Positions 40,027 to 50,343 are shown, counted from the first letter of the stretch. The stretch: 64,000 nt of DNA from Candidatus Thorarchaeota archaeon (GCA_048884965.1 JBHLQH010000002.1:134935-198934); one strand, 5' to 3'. Program-made: numbers and translations. Notes: a model not told the origin generated them from the letters alone.

Positions 40027-40772
40027 TTGCTCTGGAGATAATTCCTGCAATAGATTTGATGGATTCAAAGGTAGTGCGTCTGAAACAGGGGAAAACCACA
40101 GAGCGCTTCGACTATGAAATCGGAAAGAGCGCTATAGAAATTGCCAGTGAGTGGATTAGAGAAGGAGCAAAGACCCTTCATATCATTGACCTCGATAGAG
40201 CACTCGGAGTGGGTAGCAATCTTACACTTATACACAATCTGATGGAAAACCTCGACATTTCTTTTCAAATTGGAGGGGGACTAAGGAAGCCTGACGATGT
40301 CAAGGATATTCTGGATATTCCACAGACGACTGTAATGATTGGAACACTTGCACTACAAGACCCAGATGCCGTCAGTAATCTTGTCATTGACTATGGCGCA
40401 GATCGAATCATGGTAGCACTTGACTACAGAGCGGGAGTAGTGCTGACTAAAGGCTGGACGCAATCTGGAGATGTACGACTTGATAGTGCTCTAGATAGAT
40501 TTCTCAGATTGGGAATAGAGAGCTTCCTTCTTACGTCTGTAGATAGGGATGGAATGCTTTGTGGTCCTGACCTAGATACGTTAGCACGTGAGGCTGGAAG
40601 AGAGGGCATTAGGATAACAGCTGCTGGAGGGATCAGTTCCCTGCCTGACATAGAACTTCTGGGAGCGACTGGAGTCGTGGCATCTGTTCTAGGCAGAGCA
40701 TTGTATGAGAAGGTGTTTTCGCTTCAAGAGGCGATAGAGTTAGCACGGGAGATGGATTGTAATGGGACTTAA
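40023..40772 (+). CDS. hisA: ProFAR isomerase
   Basis: 'IIPAIDL', 'LHIIDLD', 'QIGGGLR', 'DRDG...GPD', 'AAGGI'. Confidence 0.95.
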   Translation: MIALEIIPAIDLMDSKVVRLKQGKTTERFDYEIGKSAIEIASEWIREGAKTLHIIDLDRALGVGSNLTLIHNLMENLDISFQIGGGLRKPDDVKDILDIPQTTVMIGTLALQDPDAVSNLVIDYGADRIMVALDYRAGVVLTKGWTQSGDVRLDSALDRFLRLGIESFLLTSVDRDGMLCGPDLDTLAREAGREGIRITAAGGISSLPDIELLGATGVVASVLGRALYEKVFSLQEAIELAREMDCNGT

Positions 40773-41523
40773 GAAAAGAATTATTCCATGTCTTGACATT
40801 GATGCAGGTAGGGTCGTCAAAGGGGTTAACTTCACGAGTATCAGGGATGCTGGAGACCCAATAGATCTTGCGTTGAGCTATAGAGATGAGGGTGCGGATG
40901 AGATTGTGTTTCTTGATATAACGGCATCATCTAGTAAAAGGAAGATACTCAAGGGACTAGCGAGAACGATAGCACAGGATCTGGATATTCCATTCACCGT
41001 AGGAGGCGGATTGTGGACATTTGAGGATGCTCAAGAGATACTTCACAGCGGGGCGGATAAGGTATCTCTCAATTCAGCAGCAGTATCAAATCCAAGCCTT
41101 ATCACAGAGCTAGCAGACAGTTTTGGCTCTCAGTGTGTTGTCATCGCAATCGATGCCAAAAAGAATGATGGTAAGGGGTATGATGTCTATACGCATGGAG
41201 GGAGAATCAGAACTAACCGCAAAGTCCTATCATGGGTAAAAGAGGCCGCAGATTTGGGAGCAGGTGAAGTTCTCCTAACTTCTATGGATACTGATGGGAC
41301 AAAAGATGGATTTGATCTACAACTGAATTGCATGATCACCAGTTCAGTGACGATACCAGTGATTGCCAGCGGAGGAGCCGGGAATCATCAACATTTCTTG
41401 GATGTCTTCGAGAAGGGAAATGTTTCAGCAGCTCTAGCTGCTTCCATCTTCCACCTGAGGGAATGCTCAATTAGGGAGCTTAAGGAGTATCTCCACGAAG
41501 CAGGAGTTGCAATACGAATATGA
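40762..41523 (+). CDS. hisF: Imidazole glycerol phosphate synthase, cyclase subunit
   Basis: 'RIIPCLD', 'VVKGVNF', 'GADEIVFLDITAS', 'LLTSMDTDGT', 'ALAASIFH'. Confidence 0.98.
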   Translation: MGLKKRIIPCLDIDAGRVVKGVNFTSIRDAGDPIDLALSYRDEGADEIVFLDITASSSKRKILKGLARTIAQDLDIPFTVGGGLWTFEDAQEILHSGADKVSLNSAAVSNPSLITELADSFGSQCVVIAIDAKKNDGKGYDVYTHGGRIRTNRKVLSWVKEAADLGAGEVLLTSMDTDGTKDGFDLQLNCMITSSVTIPVIASGGAGNHQHFLDVFEKGNVSAALAASIFHLRECSIRELKEYLHEAGVAIRI

Positions 41524-41876
41524 AAAGTGTACAGATTGAAGAACTGGATTTCCAAAAAGGGGATGGTTTGATTCCTGTCATTGTGCAAGAAGCTAGCTCG
41601 GGAGAGGTACTGACCTTGGCATATGTCAACATTGAAGCACTGAAACAGACAATAAACACGGGGTTGGCTCACTACTATCGAAGGTCCCATCGAAAGGTCA
41701 TGTTGAAGGGGATCACCTCCGGAAACACACAAGCACTTGTTGAGATCCGGACTGACTGTGACAATGACGCACTAATCTTTCGTATCAACCAGAAAGGTCC
41801 TGCATGCCATCTAGGCTCAGACTCCTGTTTCCATGCGCTGCTTGAAACGAGAAGGACTCTACCCACTGAATTATAA
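41520..41876 (+). CDS. hisI: Phosphoribosyl-AMP cyclohydrolase (no HisE fusion)
   Basis: 'KGITSGN', 'DCDNDAL', 'ACHLGSDSCF'. Confidence 0.95.
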   Translation: MKSVQIEELDFQKGDGLIPVIVQEASSGEVLTLAYVNIEALKQTINTGLAHYYRRSHRKVMLKGITSGNTQALVEIRTDCDNDALIFRINQKGPACHLGSDSCFHALLETRRTLPTEL

Positions 41877-41900
41877 GATGGCAAATTTCGGACAGGCTTC

Positions 41901-42554
41901 ATGGACCCAGCCAATTATGACTTGCATATTCACTCAGACTACTCAGATGGTCTAGCCTCTGTGAGGGATATTGCCAAGAGAGCTAGTTCGGAGGGGCTCA
42001 ATACGATAGCGATTTGCGATCATTTCTGGCCTTGCTTAGGTAGCAGGAAGGCTGGAGGAAAATGGATTGAGGAACGCAGAGACAAGATATGGAACCTTCG
42101 AACTGTGTTCAAGCCTTTGAGAATCCTAGATGGGGCCGAGGTTGACATCTCCTCGGATGGGTCACATGCAGAGATATCTGCTCCTTTGGATAGCTTTGAT
42201 ATCGTAATTGGATCTATTCACTTCAGTGCCAGTTCGACTCAATGGCGTTCGACAATTCAGAAAGCATTGAATAAATGGCACTTTGATATCCTTGCACATT
42301 GGGATGGATATCTCACTTCGTTTCGAGAGGAAGATGGTCTGGCTGTTGCTCGCGCACTTGCAGATAACGGAGTTGCAGTCGAGCTTAGTGCGCATTATGT
42401 ATCACAGTACACCGAATTCTTCGAGATGGCAAGAGACGCAGGATGTGAGTTTACGCTGGGCAGTGATTCACATAGGCTGGAGTACATTGGCAAATTGGAT
42501 GACCAGATACAACAAGTTCGGTCATTGAACCTTCCTTTGAAGAAAATAGATTGA
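41901..42554 (+). CDS. PHP-domain phosphoesterase, candidate histidinol-phosphatase
   Basis: 'DLHIHSDYSDG', 'CDH', 'GAE', 'GSIH', 'LAH', 'GSDSH'; 24 nt after hisI. Confidence 0.8.
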   Translation: MDPANYDLHIHSDYSDGLASVRDIAKRASSEGLNTIAICDHFWPCLGSRKAGGKWIEERRDKIWNLRTVFKPLRILDGAEVDISSDGSHAEISAPLDSFDIVIGSIHFSASSTQWRSTIQKALNKWHFDILAHWDGYLTSFREEDGLAVARALADNGVAVELSAHYVSQYTEFFEMARDAGCEFTLGSDSHRLEYIGKLDDQIQQVRSLNLPLKKID

Positions 42555-42571
42555 GTCAAATGACCGGATTC

Positions 42572-43117
42572 TTACGAAGAGAAAAGAATTGATTTGATTG
42601 AACGATAATAGCTATCGTGACGGTCGTTGCTTGTCCAATAGATTCTCTCGATCGCCTTATTCCTAACCTCATCAGGTAATCTCTTGTAGACCTTCTCCCT
42701 ATCCTTTAGTGACATTACTTTGACGATTCCATCGACGACATCTTGAAGGCGTCTACTCGAAGTTCCAACAGATGATACCTCAGACCCCCAATCTGTAGCA
42801 TAGGCGTACATTCGGGCTCTATATGCATCCACAGCCGGAGATGCCATGACCAAGCTCCAGAGGATGACCCGAACAACCTCAGGGAGAGAGGTCAATAGAT
42901 TTGTAAAGGAGGAAGTGTATTCCTCTATTTCCTCGACAGCTGTCCTGAAAGACTTCTCATAATCTGTCTCTTTGTACCCCTTCATCTCATCTCCATCATT
43001 TAGAACTAGATAGTCACTACCTTTGGCTCCGTTCGTGATAGCGAAGGCGGCCTCAACAAGCGTATGAAAGCAGCTAGGAAGTGCTGAGTCAATATCAAGA
43101 GGTTTCATCAAATTCAT
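42572..43117 (-). CDS. Hypothetical protein
   Basis: 181-aa ORF filling the gap; predicted helical; no motif recognised. Confidence 0.6.
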   Translation of the reverse strand: MNLMKPLDIDSALPSCFHTLVEAAFAITNGAKGSDYLVLNDGDEMKGYKETDYEKSFRTAVEEIEEYTSSFTNLLTSLPEVVRVILWSLVMASPAVDAYRARMYAYATDWGSEVSSVGTSSRRLQDVVDGIVKVMSLKDREKVYKRLPDEVRNKAIERIYWTSNDRHDSYYRSIKSILFSS

Positions 43118-43154
43118 CTCAAGTAGTTCTTTGAAAGTCAGGGTTCTCCATGTG

Positions 43155-43189
43155 AAAAGAAAGATAAAACCTCATCCACTGGGATGAGG
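43155..43189 (-). terminator. Hairpin + U tract
   Basis: CCTCATCC/GGATGAGG stem (43170-43189) followed on the minus strand by TTTTATCTTTCTTTT. Confidence 0.65.
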
Positions 43190-43201
43190 CGTTATCATCC
43201 T

Positions 43202-45742
43202 TCAACTCTTCTTTGTGCGTAGCAGTAGGACAATGACAACAACGGTCACGCCAATTGCGATTCCGACAATGACTACTACGAGCGCCAGATCTGGTGGAGG
43301 AGGTATGCCCGATGTTGTATCTGTCGTTGGTGTTGGTGTGGTTGAACCATTGTTCGCTACTGTCACTATATGTAGACATGAATTGATGTTGTCAGCATTA
43401 TCCACCGCTTCAACATAGATTTCATGAAGTCCATCCGTATCCTCTGTAGTATCCCAGGAATGTGTGAAGGAACCTTCAGTAAGATTAGCTACGAGCGTAG
43501 AATCGATATATATCAGAACTCGTTGAATATCACTACCTGTATCTGAAGCCTCTATGGTAATTACGATCGTATCACTCACCGTCGATCCGTTCTCAGGATT
43601 GGTGATAGATACTGAGGGAAGGATTGTATCTTGTACCATATACGTGAAGTATGTGGATTCATCCATCAGATTCGTGGTTTTACCATATGTGTCATTTGCT
43701 GAAATGAAATACTCTACTACATCTCCATAGTCAAGCACAGGAATGACAGCTTGATATGTGCCAGGAGTTTGCTCGTTCATTTCTTCAATGATGAACGAAC
43801 CCTCGTTTATTCGAAAATGAAGAAGTACGTCATCCAGATGAGGATCAACGACATCCACAGATATTGTGGCGTTGTCGTCGTATTCAGGATTTGTAGGATT
43901 CTGAATCAGGTTTGTGATTGTAGGAGCGGGGTCCTCATATAGATAGAAGTCGTCCAAGAGAATTTCAATTCGTCCTTCTCCTTGAGCCTCTATGTATATT
44001 CCAACGAGCCTATCAGTAGGTGCCATTCCAAATGCAGATGTATAGTCTACAACCAGCTCACGTTCTTCAACATGCCACTGTCCTTGAGTGGAATCGAGGA
44101 GAATAAAGTAGTCACTCTCACTATATCGAGAAGAACCATTGGCTAACACATACCTAAGCGAGTCCTCGGCATCTTCAAAGTAAAGTGTGATCTCCATATA
44201 GTCATTGGTCAAATTAGTAAAATCATCAATATAGTAGGCAAAGGTAAGGTAGAGCTCGGAGCTGCTATTTAGATCAATATATGCAAGTTCTTGCTGAGCA
44301 TAGAGATAACTACTGCTACCCACTGTCACGTTTGCGGCTTTTGATCCAGTATAGGATGTGCTGGTGACATTCATATTTTTCCTGATATTGTGTTCAATCT
44401 CCCATGCATATGCATTTCCTCCAACTGCTCCTTCATCTTCATAGCTCATGTCATTCAGTGCAGCTGAATAAAGGCTCATATCGTCTAGTAGGAGTGTGAT
44501 ATTTGCTTGATACTCATCAACCCCCACACAGAATTCAATGGAACTGATAATCACTTCATTTGTCGAATTTCGTGATGTGATATCATCCCAGATGCTTCTG
44601 TTGAAATGATTCCAACTTCCAGTAGTATTGAACGCATCAGGGATGATGATGTGATAACCGGGATAGGTATACTTGAATGTGTCACCGTATCCTAGTGGAT
44701 AGTATACGTAAAACTCATGTGTAGCATTCATACACTCTACGTAGACATAGGCAAACGTTTCTTCAGAGTATACAGTCCAGTCATCAATTCTCCACCAGAA
44801 CTCAAATGTGTCTTGGTTCATCTCGGTGAAACGTTTGTAGAAATTGTATTCTATATCTGCATAGCTCCGATTTCCGAGAGAATAGGTAGACATGTTCATG
44901 CTATAGTCACCCTCAATTCTGGTATCACTTTGAGACAGAACTCCAGGATCATTGTTACTATATATCCCACCTCGGAAATCACCGGATGCATCGTAGGTGT
45001 CGCTCTTGTATAGCGTGGTGTTATAGAGATAGATTGTGTCTAAGAACACCTGAGCATAGTCTCGTGAGTAGCTTCTGAGATAGAAATCAAAACCCTGATA
45101 CTGAACAGGAGTGACTGAGAATCCATCGATGTAATCTGCTGTGATATTTCTATCAAAGAGATGCCATTGCCCAGGTGATGCACCTATATTGAAATAGCGA
45201 TTATACGAGCTGTTAGTAGAGGTGGTGCTGGAACCAAAATAGTATTGTAAATATCGCGTACCGGCACTACCTAATCTGAATTCCAACATGAAATAATCAC
45301 TGCTGATGGGATTTGGGATATTCTCAATGTAGTAATAGAAGGACATAGTGAGGTTGACAGGATTGGCCCACCAAGTATAGCTTCCCTCATCCATGTTGTG
45401 TTGGGAAAAATCGCCCGTGAGTGATCTCACTTGCATAGTCAGTGAACTTGAGCCATTGGCTACTGGCCAAGGTGAACTTACTATGCTAGCGTATGAATCA
45501 CTACTTACCGAGCTAGAAAGTAAAGCAGGATGATAGCTATCTGTCCACTCTTCGAATCCGGGATTCTCAAAATTGTTTGCTTTGTAATTTACTCGGTCGA
45601 TGTCATACGAAGATACCTGATATCCAGTCTTTGACAGGGAAATCTGACTATCCTCGATTACTGGCGCTGCTACACTCATTAAGGTTGGTGTTAAGAATAG
45701 TATAATCAATACGATGGGTATGGTGGCTTTCGATATGGTCAT
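43202..45742 (-). CDS. Secreted surface protein: three CBM-like repeats, Ig-like domains, C-terminal TM anchor
   Basis: Signal peptide from ATG 45742 (GGAGG upstream); repeats GQWHLFDRNI / GSWNHFNRSI / GQWHVEEREL; 'PSVSITNPENGSTVS...WDTT..DG.H...A.D' Big-type Ig; TM + RTKK. Confidence 0.85.
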   Translation of the reverse strand: MTISKATIPIVLIILFLTPTLMSVAAPVIEDSQISLSKTGYQVSSYDIDRVNYKANNFENPGFEEWTDSYHPALLSSSVSSDSYASIVSSPWPVANGSSSLTMQVRSLTGDFSQHNMDEGSYTWWANPVNLTMSFYYYIENIPNPISSDYFMLEFRLGSAGTRYLQYYFGSSTTSTNSSYNRYFNIGASPGQWHLFDRNITADYIDGFSVTPVQYQGFDFYLRSYSRDYAQVFLDTIYLYNTTLYKSDTYDASGDFRGGIYSNNDPGVLSQSDTRIEGDYSMNMSTYSLGNRSYADIEYNFYKRFTEMNQDTFEFWWRIDDWTVYSEETFAYVYVECMNATHEFYVYYPLGYGDTFKYTYPGYHIIIPDAFNTTGSWNHFNRSIWDDITSRNSTNEVIISSIEFCVGVDEYQANITLLLDDMSLYSAALNDMSYEDEGAVGGNAYAWEIEHNIRKNMNVTSTSYTGSKAANVTVGSSSYLYAQQELAYIDLNSSSELYLTFAYYIDDFTNLTNDYMEITLYFEDAEDSLRYVLANGSSRYSESDYFILLDSTQGQWHVEERELVVDYTSAFGMAPTDRLVGIYIEAQGEGRIEILLDDFYLYEDPAPTITNLIQNPTNPEYDDNATISVDVVDPHLDDVLLHFRINEGSFIIEEMNEQTPGTYQAVIPVLDYGDVVEYFISANDTYGKTTNLMDESTYFTYMVQDTILPSVSITNPENGSTVSDTIVITIEASDTGSDIQRVLIYIDSTLVANLTEGSFTHSWDTTEDTDGLHEIYVEAVDNADNINSCLHIVTVANNGSTTPTPTTDTTSGIPPPPDLALVVVIVGIAIGVTVVVIVLLLRTKKS

Positions 45743-45908
45743 CCTAGACCCTCCAATGAACAACAGAGTTGTCTGGGAATAAAAGCCTATAATGCCTTCG
45801 TTTTTTTGGGAACATGTGGAAAAGTGCACACCAGAAACCTGCAGCCAGAAGGCTTTTGTTGTACTTTGCCCTCAAATGCTCATTACATTCATGATTAGGT
45901 GGCACTAA

Positions 45909-46328
45909 ATGACAGAGAAATTCGTATTTCCCTCCGAGGAATGGGTAGCAAAGTACTGGGAGCTCCTAAGAGCAAATGATGCCTACAAAGAGGCTGCGAA
46001 GACATGGGAAGGCGACTTCATCTTTGAGATTCAGCCAGATGGTGAGGTCATCACAGAGAAGATGGGAATGTACCTTGACCTCTGGCATGGTGAGTGCCGC
46101 GAGGCGCACATGGCTGGCCCTGATGATGATGCAGAGTATGTCTATACAGGGACTTATGCGAATTGGAAGAAATTGATCGCAGGTGAGATAGATCCCATCA
46201 AGGGTCTCATGTCACGTAAATTTGGACTTCCAAAGGGTGATATGGGCAAAGTCATGCGGGCAACAAAAGCGGCCGCAGAACTAGTTTCAACAGCGCAGCG
46301 AGTCCCGACCAAGTATTTCGATGAGTAA
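45909..46328 (+). CDS. SCP2 sterol/lipid-binding domain protein
   Basis: 'FPSEEW', 'W..LIAGEIDPIKGLMSRKF...GD'. Confidence 0.9.
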   Translation: MTEKFVFPSEEWVAKYWELLRANDAYKEAAKTWEGDFIFEIQPDGEVITEKMGMYLDLWHGECREAHMAGPDDDAEYVYTGTYANWKKLIAGEIDPIKGLMSRKFGLPKGDMGKVMRATKAAAELVSTAQRVPTKYFDE

Positions 46329-46482
46329 CAATGAAGATAGATCTTTGAATCAATCTTCATGCTAGTGATTATAGGCGTTATTGATGGGATAAAGGTTGTA
46401 GTTATTGTCATCTTCCTCCAGCGTTGAGGCTGAGAGCCATGAAATGACGCATTTAAATCCTCCAAGATACTAGAGAAGTAGC

Positions 46483-47568
46483 ATGACATCCCTACATACA
46501 GAGGTGTGCGATCTCCTCGGGATCAAGCATCCAATACTACAAGGTGGCATGGGTCCGTATAAGACAGAGTCCCTGGCGATTGCGGTCGCTAATGCTGGAG
46601 CGTTGGGCATCATCAGCAGTATTGGGATGGCTGCTACCCTTCTACCAGATGCAGCACCAGTAGATGCGATAAGGTTGTTCGGGACAGACCCTCCGAGAGT
46701 CATCCTGAGGAAATCGATTGAGAATGTGGCAAAGTCAGTCCAGCAGAAGAATGGAGTATTTGGAGTCAATGTTCCGGTTGCTGCGGAGTTCATACTGGCG
46801 TCGCAGATGTTTGTGGAAGAGACCTTGGAAGCTAGAAAGGCGGATTCAGATGTTGAACGTTCACTGAGAGTAATTGTTACTTCAGCAGGCAATCCCAAAC
46901 CATGGGCGGAAGTCAAGAAGCATGGACTCACTTGGATCCATGTGGTTCCTTCAGTATACCACGCCAAGAAAGCAGAGGCGGCAGGAGCAGATATCATAGT
47001 GGCTTCAGGACATGAAGGAGGCGCTCATGTATCATGGGACCCGGTCCACTCAATGGTCCTTGTACCAGCAGTTGCGAAGGCAGTCAAGGTTCCAGTCGTA
47101 GCAGCTGGAGGTTTCTGTGACGGAGCAACCCTTGCTGCAGCACTGACCCTCGGTGCAAAAGGCATCCAGATGGGAACACGTCTCATAGCGACCCAAGAGA
47201 GCGACTTTGAACCAATCTGGAAACAGGCAATTATCGATAGGGATGAGAGGCAGACGTTGACGGGGAGGGGTCTCTTTGGTCCAATGAGATTCGTGCGGAA
47301 TCAGAGAGCCGAGAGTATCGTAGAGAAGACTCTAGAAGATGTACCACGCTTCTATCTTGGAGAGCCTGTTGAATCGAATGAGGATATTCTAACACTTGAG
47401 CGTGATGGATTTGAGGACCTTATTGATGCGAAATCTGAAACGGCATTGATGTTCGGTGGTGAATGTGTAGGTCGAATCAATGATCTACCGACGGTCGGAG
47501 AGATAATTGAGAGAATCATCTCAGAAGCAGTAGAGTCAATCCATAGAGCATCAGGTCTTCTTGGATGA
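46483..47568 (+). CDS. Nitronate monooxygenase / FabK-like flavin oxidoreductase
   Basis: 'HPILQGGMG', 'GHEGGAH', 'PVVAAGGF.DG', 'GIQMGTR'. Confidence 0.9.
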   Translation: MTSLHTEVCDLLGIKHPILQGGMGPYKTESLAIAVANAGALGIISSIGMAATLLPDAAPVDAIRLFGTDPPRVILRKSIENVAKSVQQKNGVFGVNVPVAAEFILASQMFVEETLEARKADSDVERSLRVIVTSAGNPKPWAEVKKHGLTWIHVVPSVYHAKKAEAAGADIIVASGHEGGAHVSWDPVHSMVLVPAVAKAVKVPVVAAGGFCDGATLAAALTLGAKGIQMGTRLIATQESDFEPIWKQAIIDRDERQTLTGRGLFGPMRFVRNQRAESIVEKTLEDVPRFYLGEPVESNEDILTLERDGFEDLIDAKSETALMFGGECVGRINDLPTVGEIIERIISEAVESIHRASGLLG

Positions 47569-47587
47569 GATATGATAAGAATAATAT

Positions 47588-47639
47588 GAAGAAAAAGAGA
47601 GAAGGAGTGCTGCATCAAAGATTCCTGATGCAATACTCC
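47588..47639 (-). terminator. Hairpin + U tract (between convergent genes)
   Basis: GGAGT-GC-TGCATCA / TGATGCA-AT-ACTCC stem (47604-47639) followed on the minus strand by TTCTCTCTTTTTCTTC. Confidence 0.65.
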
Positions 47640-47648
47640 CTCGAATTA

Positions 47649-50096
47649 TTACTTCTTGCGTCTACGGCAAGCAACTACAATGACAATTAACGCTAGGACT
47701 CCAAGGAGAATGAGGAGCAGAGTCATATTGTCAATAGGCAATCCAGGGATGAGCGGAGCTGCACCGACCTCGAAAATTCCACTCGTAGTGGTCCAAGTGC
47801 CAATCGTGCTCTCCATATAGATTGTATAGGTGTAGTTGCCACTCTCACTTGGAGTCCAAGTATAAGAGTAGATATCACCTGAAGCTGACATCGAATGGTT
47901 TGTACCATCTATCTCTAGGAGAACTTGGTTGATACCAAGAAGATGGGTGACATTCAAGGAGATATCAACTTCCTGTGTGGCTACACCAGGATTCGGATCG
48001 AAGACCAAACCATTCCATTCAGGAATAGAAGACAAAGCTTCGTACTTGAAGGCCTGATTTGTCCATTCGCCCCATACTCCTGTACCATCACACAATCGTA
48101 CTCGCCAGAAGTACTCGGTGGCATTAACCAACGCAGTTCCATCATAGACAACTTCAGTCTGAAGGTTAACGAATCCCAGATGGAGATCTAATCCACGGGT
48201 ATCATTATCAGCAGTATTGGAAGAGCTAAGAGTCAGGTTAAATGCCCGATAACCTCCTTCACCTAGGCTACGATACACCGTGAATCCGCCAGAGGTCATG
48301 TTACCCCACTGGATATCGATAAGCAGATTGTGTTCACCAGCGTAAACAAAGGGAGTTGCTAGCTTCAGTACTGCAATCCGTCCAGTGTTTCTGATAGTAT
48401 ACAGTGCACTTTCAATTACAGTGGTTGGGATCATTCCGCCAAAGTTTGAATCCATATTCGTGTGGCTCATGGCGCCTTCATGAGGCGTTTCCACCATGCG
48501 GACAAGGAAGTCTTCAAACACCGCATCATTTGCGGTTGACATCGGGAAGTATAGTGTGTCAATAATACCAGTCTGGGTAACGAGAGATTTATTGTAGAGT
48601 TGCTGATACCTTCCACTTTCACCATTATCGGTGGCAAATGGGTAGAGATTCGAAACTATATCATTGAATTCCATTACTGGAACACTCGCAAATTCGATCC
48701 TAAAGCCTTGAGTTCGGTTATACACCCAATCTGCGGTTTGAGAATAGTATGCCCCAGCTCCAACGGTATATGCTACCGATGCGGTATCAGCAATTGATGA
48801 AGTAACTGGAGAATAGAACTCGTCACCTGTGCTGTTCGTGAATCTTATTTCAATGATAAGGCTACGCAAACCATTCAAGACGAAGGAATTCTCAACATCG
48901 AATTCCATCCAGGAGTCTCTTACAATTGCATGATAGACATCTCTGTCCAAGACACTTGTGACCCTTTCGTCTTCGTAGTTTGCATCAAAATCAGAGTTGA
49001 GATCAGCACTAGATTCATGATTCACCAGATTGATTTTGAGGTTCTCGAAGGTTGCAGTTCCACTAATACCTGCTACTCTGAAGTAGAGCTTGTCAATAAG
49101 TCCACCCTGTGAGAACATCGTAGCTTCGTACTTTATCTGATACCTAATTTCACCATTAGTGGCCCATGGTCGTATATTGGTACCTGTACTGCTGGTGTAT
49201 ACGGTGTAGACCTCGCCTCTTGAATCCTCAAAGAGAAGGGTGTCATTAAAGAACTCATTGTTCCAAACCTGTACTTCGTAGTCCCTCTGAGCTGCTCCGG
49301 CTCCAGATCCAAGGAATTCCCATCCTAATGTGGGAGTATCATTCTGAATATAATCGATGTGTGGTGCCTCCGAATATCCTTCTACTGTCAAACCATCAGC
49401 TTCTGGGGTGGCATAGGTAATTAGCAAGTAAGTAGAGTTGGTTTGTGCATTGTCTTTCTCGACAAAGTACTTCCATGTTTCTTCAAGACCGGTTTCCTCA
49501 ACTTGCTTCAATACCAGCGATAACACTCGATCACCACTGTAGGTAGCAGTCACTTCTTCAGTGACATCGAATTGGTACCAATTGTTAACTTGGATTAGGT
49601 CTTCACCCAGAGGTGCGTCGATGACATCCACGGGCGCAGCATCAAACTCAGGTTGTGTCAACCATGTAATGGTTTCTTCGCTCCATGTGTCGTTGGCTGA
49701 ATAGTATAGTCCTATTGGTTCTCCAGTTGTCTCATTCCATTCAGCTTGACAATAAAGATTCAGAGTTGCGCTAACAATTCCAATGTCATTTTGAAGGTGA
49801 GACAAATCGTACTTCACCCAAGACCTAGCCCATCCATCTGTTTCTTCCAAACCTACCCAAAGACCACCATTGTAGATGTTTGGATCGTAATTAGTAGCAT
49901 TGTGATTTGAAAGAACTGATTCATCTTCAAACACATTGACTCTCATTTCTACAGGGGGACCCTGCATTGCAGTACTATGCCCATTCGTTGGCATTGCAGT
50001 CATTGTTTCGAACTGCGATGCGATTGGAAGTATGGGTGCAGCAAGCAAGAAAATCAGCAATGAGCAGAAGATTCCTGAAATTATCTTATTTCTCAT
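47649..50096 (-). CDS. Secreted DNRLRE/CBM96-like domain surface protein with C-terminal TM anchor
   Basis: Signal peptide from ATG 50096 (track start 50126); 'RSWVKYDLS...IVSATLNLY...WSEETITW..QP...FDVT'; TM + RRRKK. Confidence 0.82.
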   Translation of the reverse strand: MRNKIISGIFCSLLIFLLAAPILPIASQFETMTAMPTNGHSTAMQGPPVEMRVNVFEDESVLSNHNATNYDPNIYNGGLWVGLEETDGWARSWVKYDLSHLQNDIGIVSATLNLYCQAEWNETTGEPIGLYYSANDTWSEETITWLTQPEFDAAPVDVIDAPLGEDLIQVNNWYQFDVTEEVTATYSGDRVLSLVLKQVEETGLEETWKYFVEKDNAQTNSTYLLITYATPEADGLTVEGYSEAPHIDYIQNDTPTLGWEFLGSGAGAAQRDYEVQVWNNEFFNDTLLFEDSRGEVYTVYTSSTGTNIRPWATNGEIRYQIKYEATMFSQGGLIDKLYFRVAGISGTATFENLKINLVNHESSADLNSDFDANYEDERVTSVLDRDVYHAIVRDSWMEFDVENSFVLNGLRSLIIEIRFTNSTGDEFYSPVTSSIADTASVAYTVGAGAYYSQTADWVYNRTQGFRIEFASVPVMEFNDIVSNLYPFATDNGESGRYQQLYNKSLVTQTGIIDTLYFPMSTANDAVFEDFLVRMVETPHEGAMSHTNMDSNFGGMIPTTVIESALYTIRNTGRIAVLKLATPFVYAGEHNLLIDIQWGNMTSGGFTVYRSLGEGGYRAFNLTLSSSNTADNDTRGLDLHLGFVNLQTEVVYDGTALVNATEYFWRVRLCDGTGVWGEWTNQAFKYEALSSIPEWNGLVFDPNPGVATQEVDISLNVTHLLGINQVLLEIDGTNHSMSASGDIYSYTWTPSESGNYTYTIYMESTIGTWTTTSGIFEVGAAPLIPGLPIDNMTLLLILLGVLALIVIVVACRRRKK

Positions 50097-50343
50097 GTTT
50101 GTAGTCTCCTCTCCGAATCTACTCAAGACTAAAGCTATAAAATAGACTCAGCGTGCGGCTTTCTGTACATTGCATTTTTTGCTAATAATGTTTTGCCAGA
50201 CGCACATTTTTCCTAGCTACCTTTTTTGGATAGGATGCCAACCTCTGGCAACATTTCACTCGTCAGCACAAATAAGAGGGAGAACTACTAACATCTATTG
50301 AGTAGGTCAGATGTTTCTGGCGGACAGGAAGGTAGTGCTTGCA

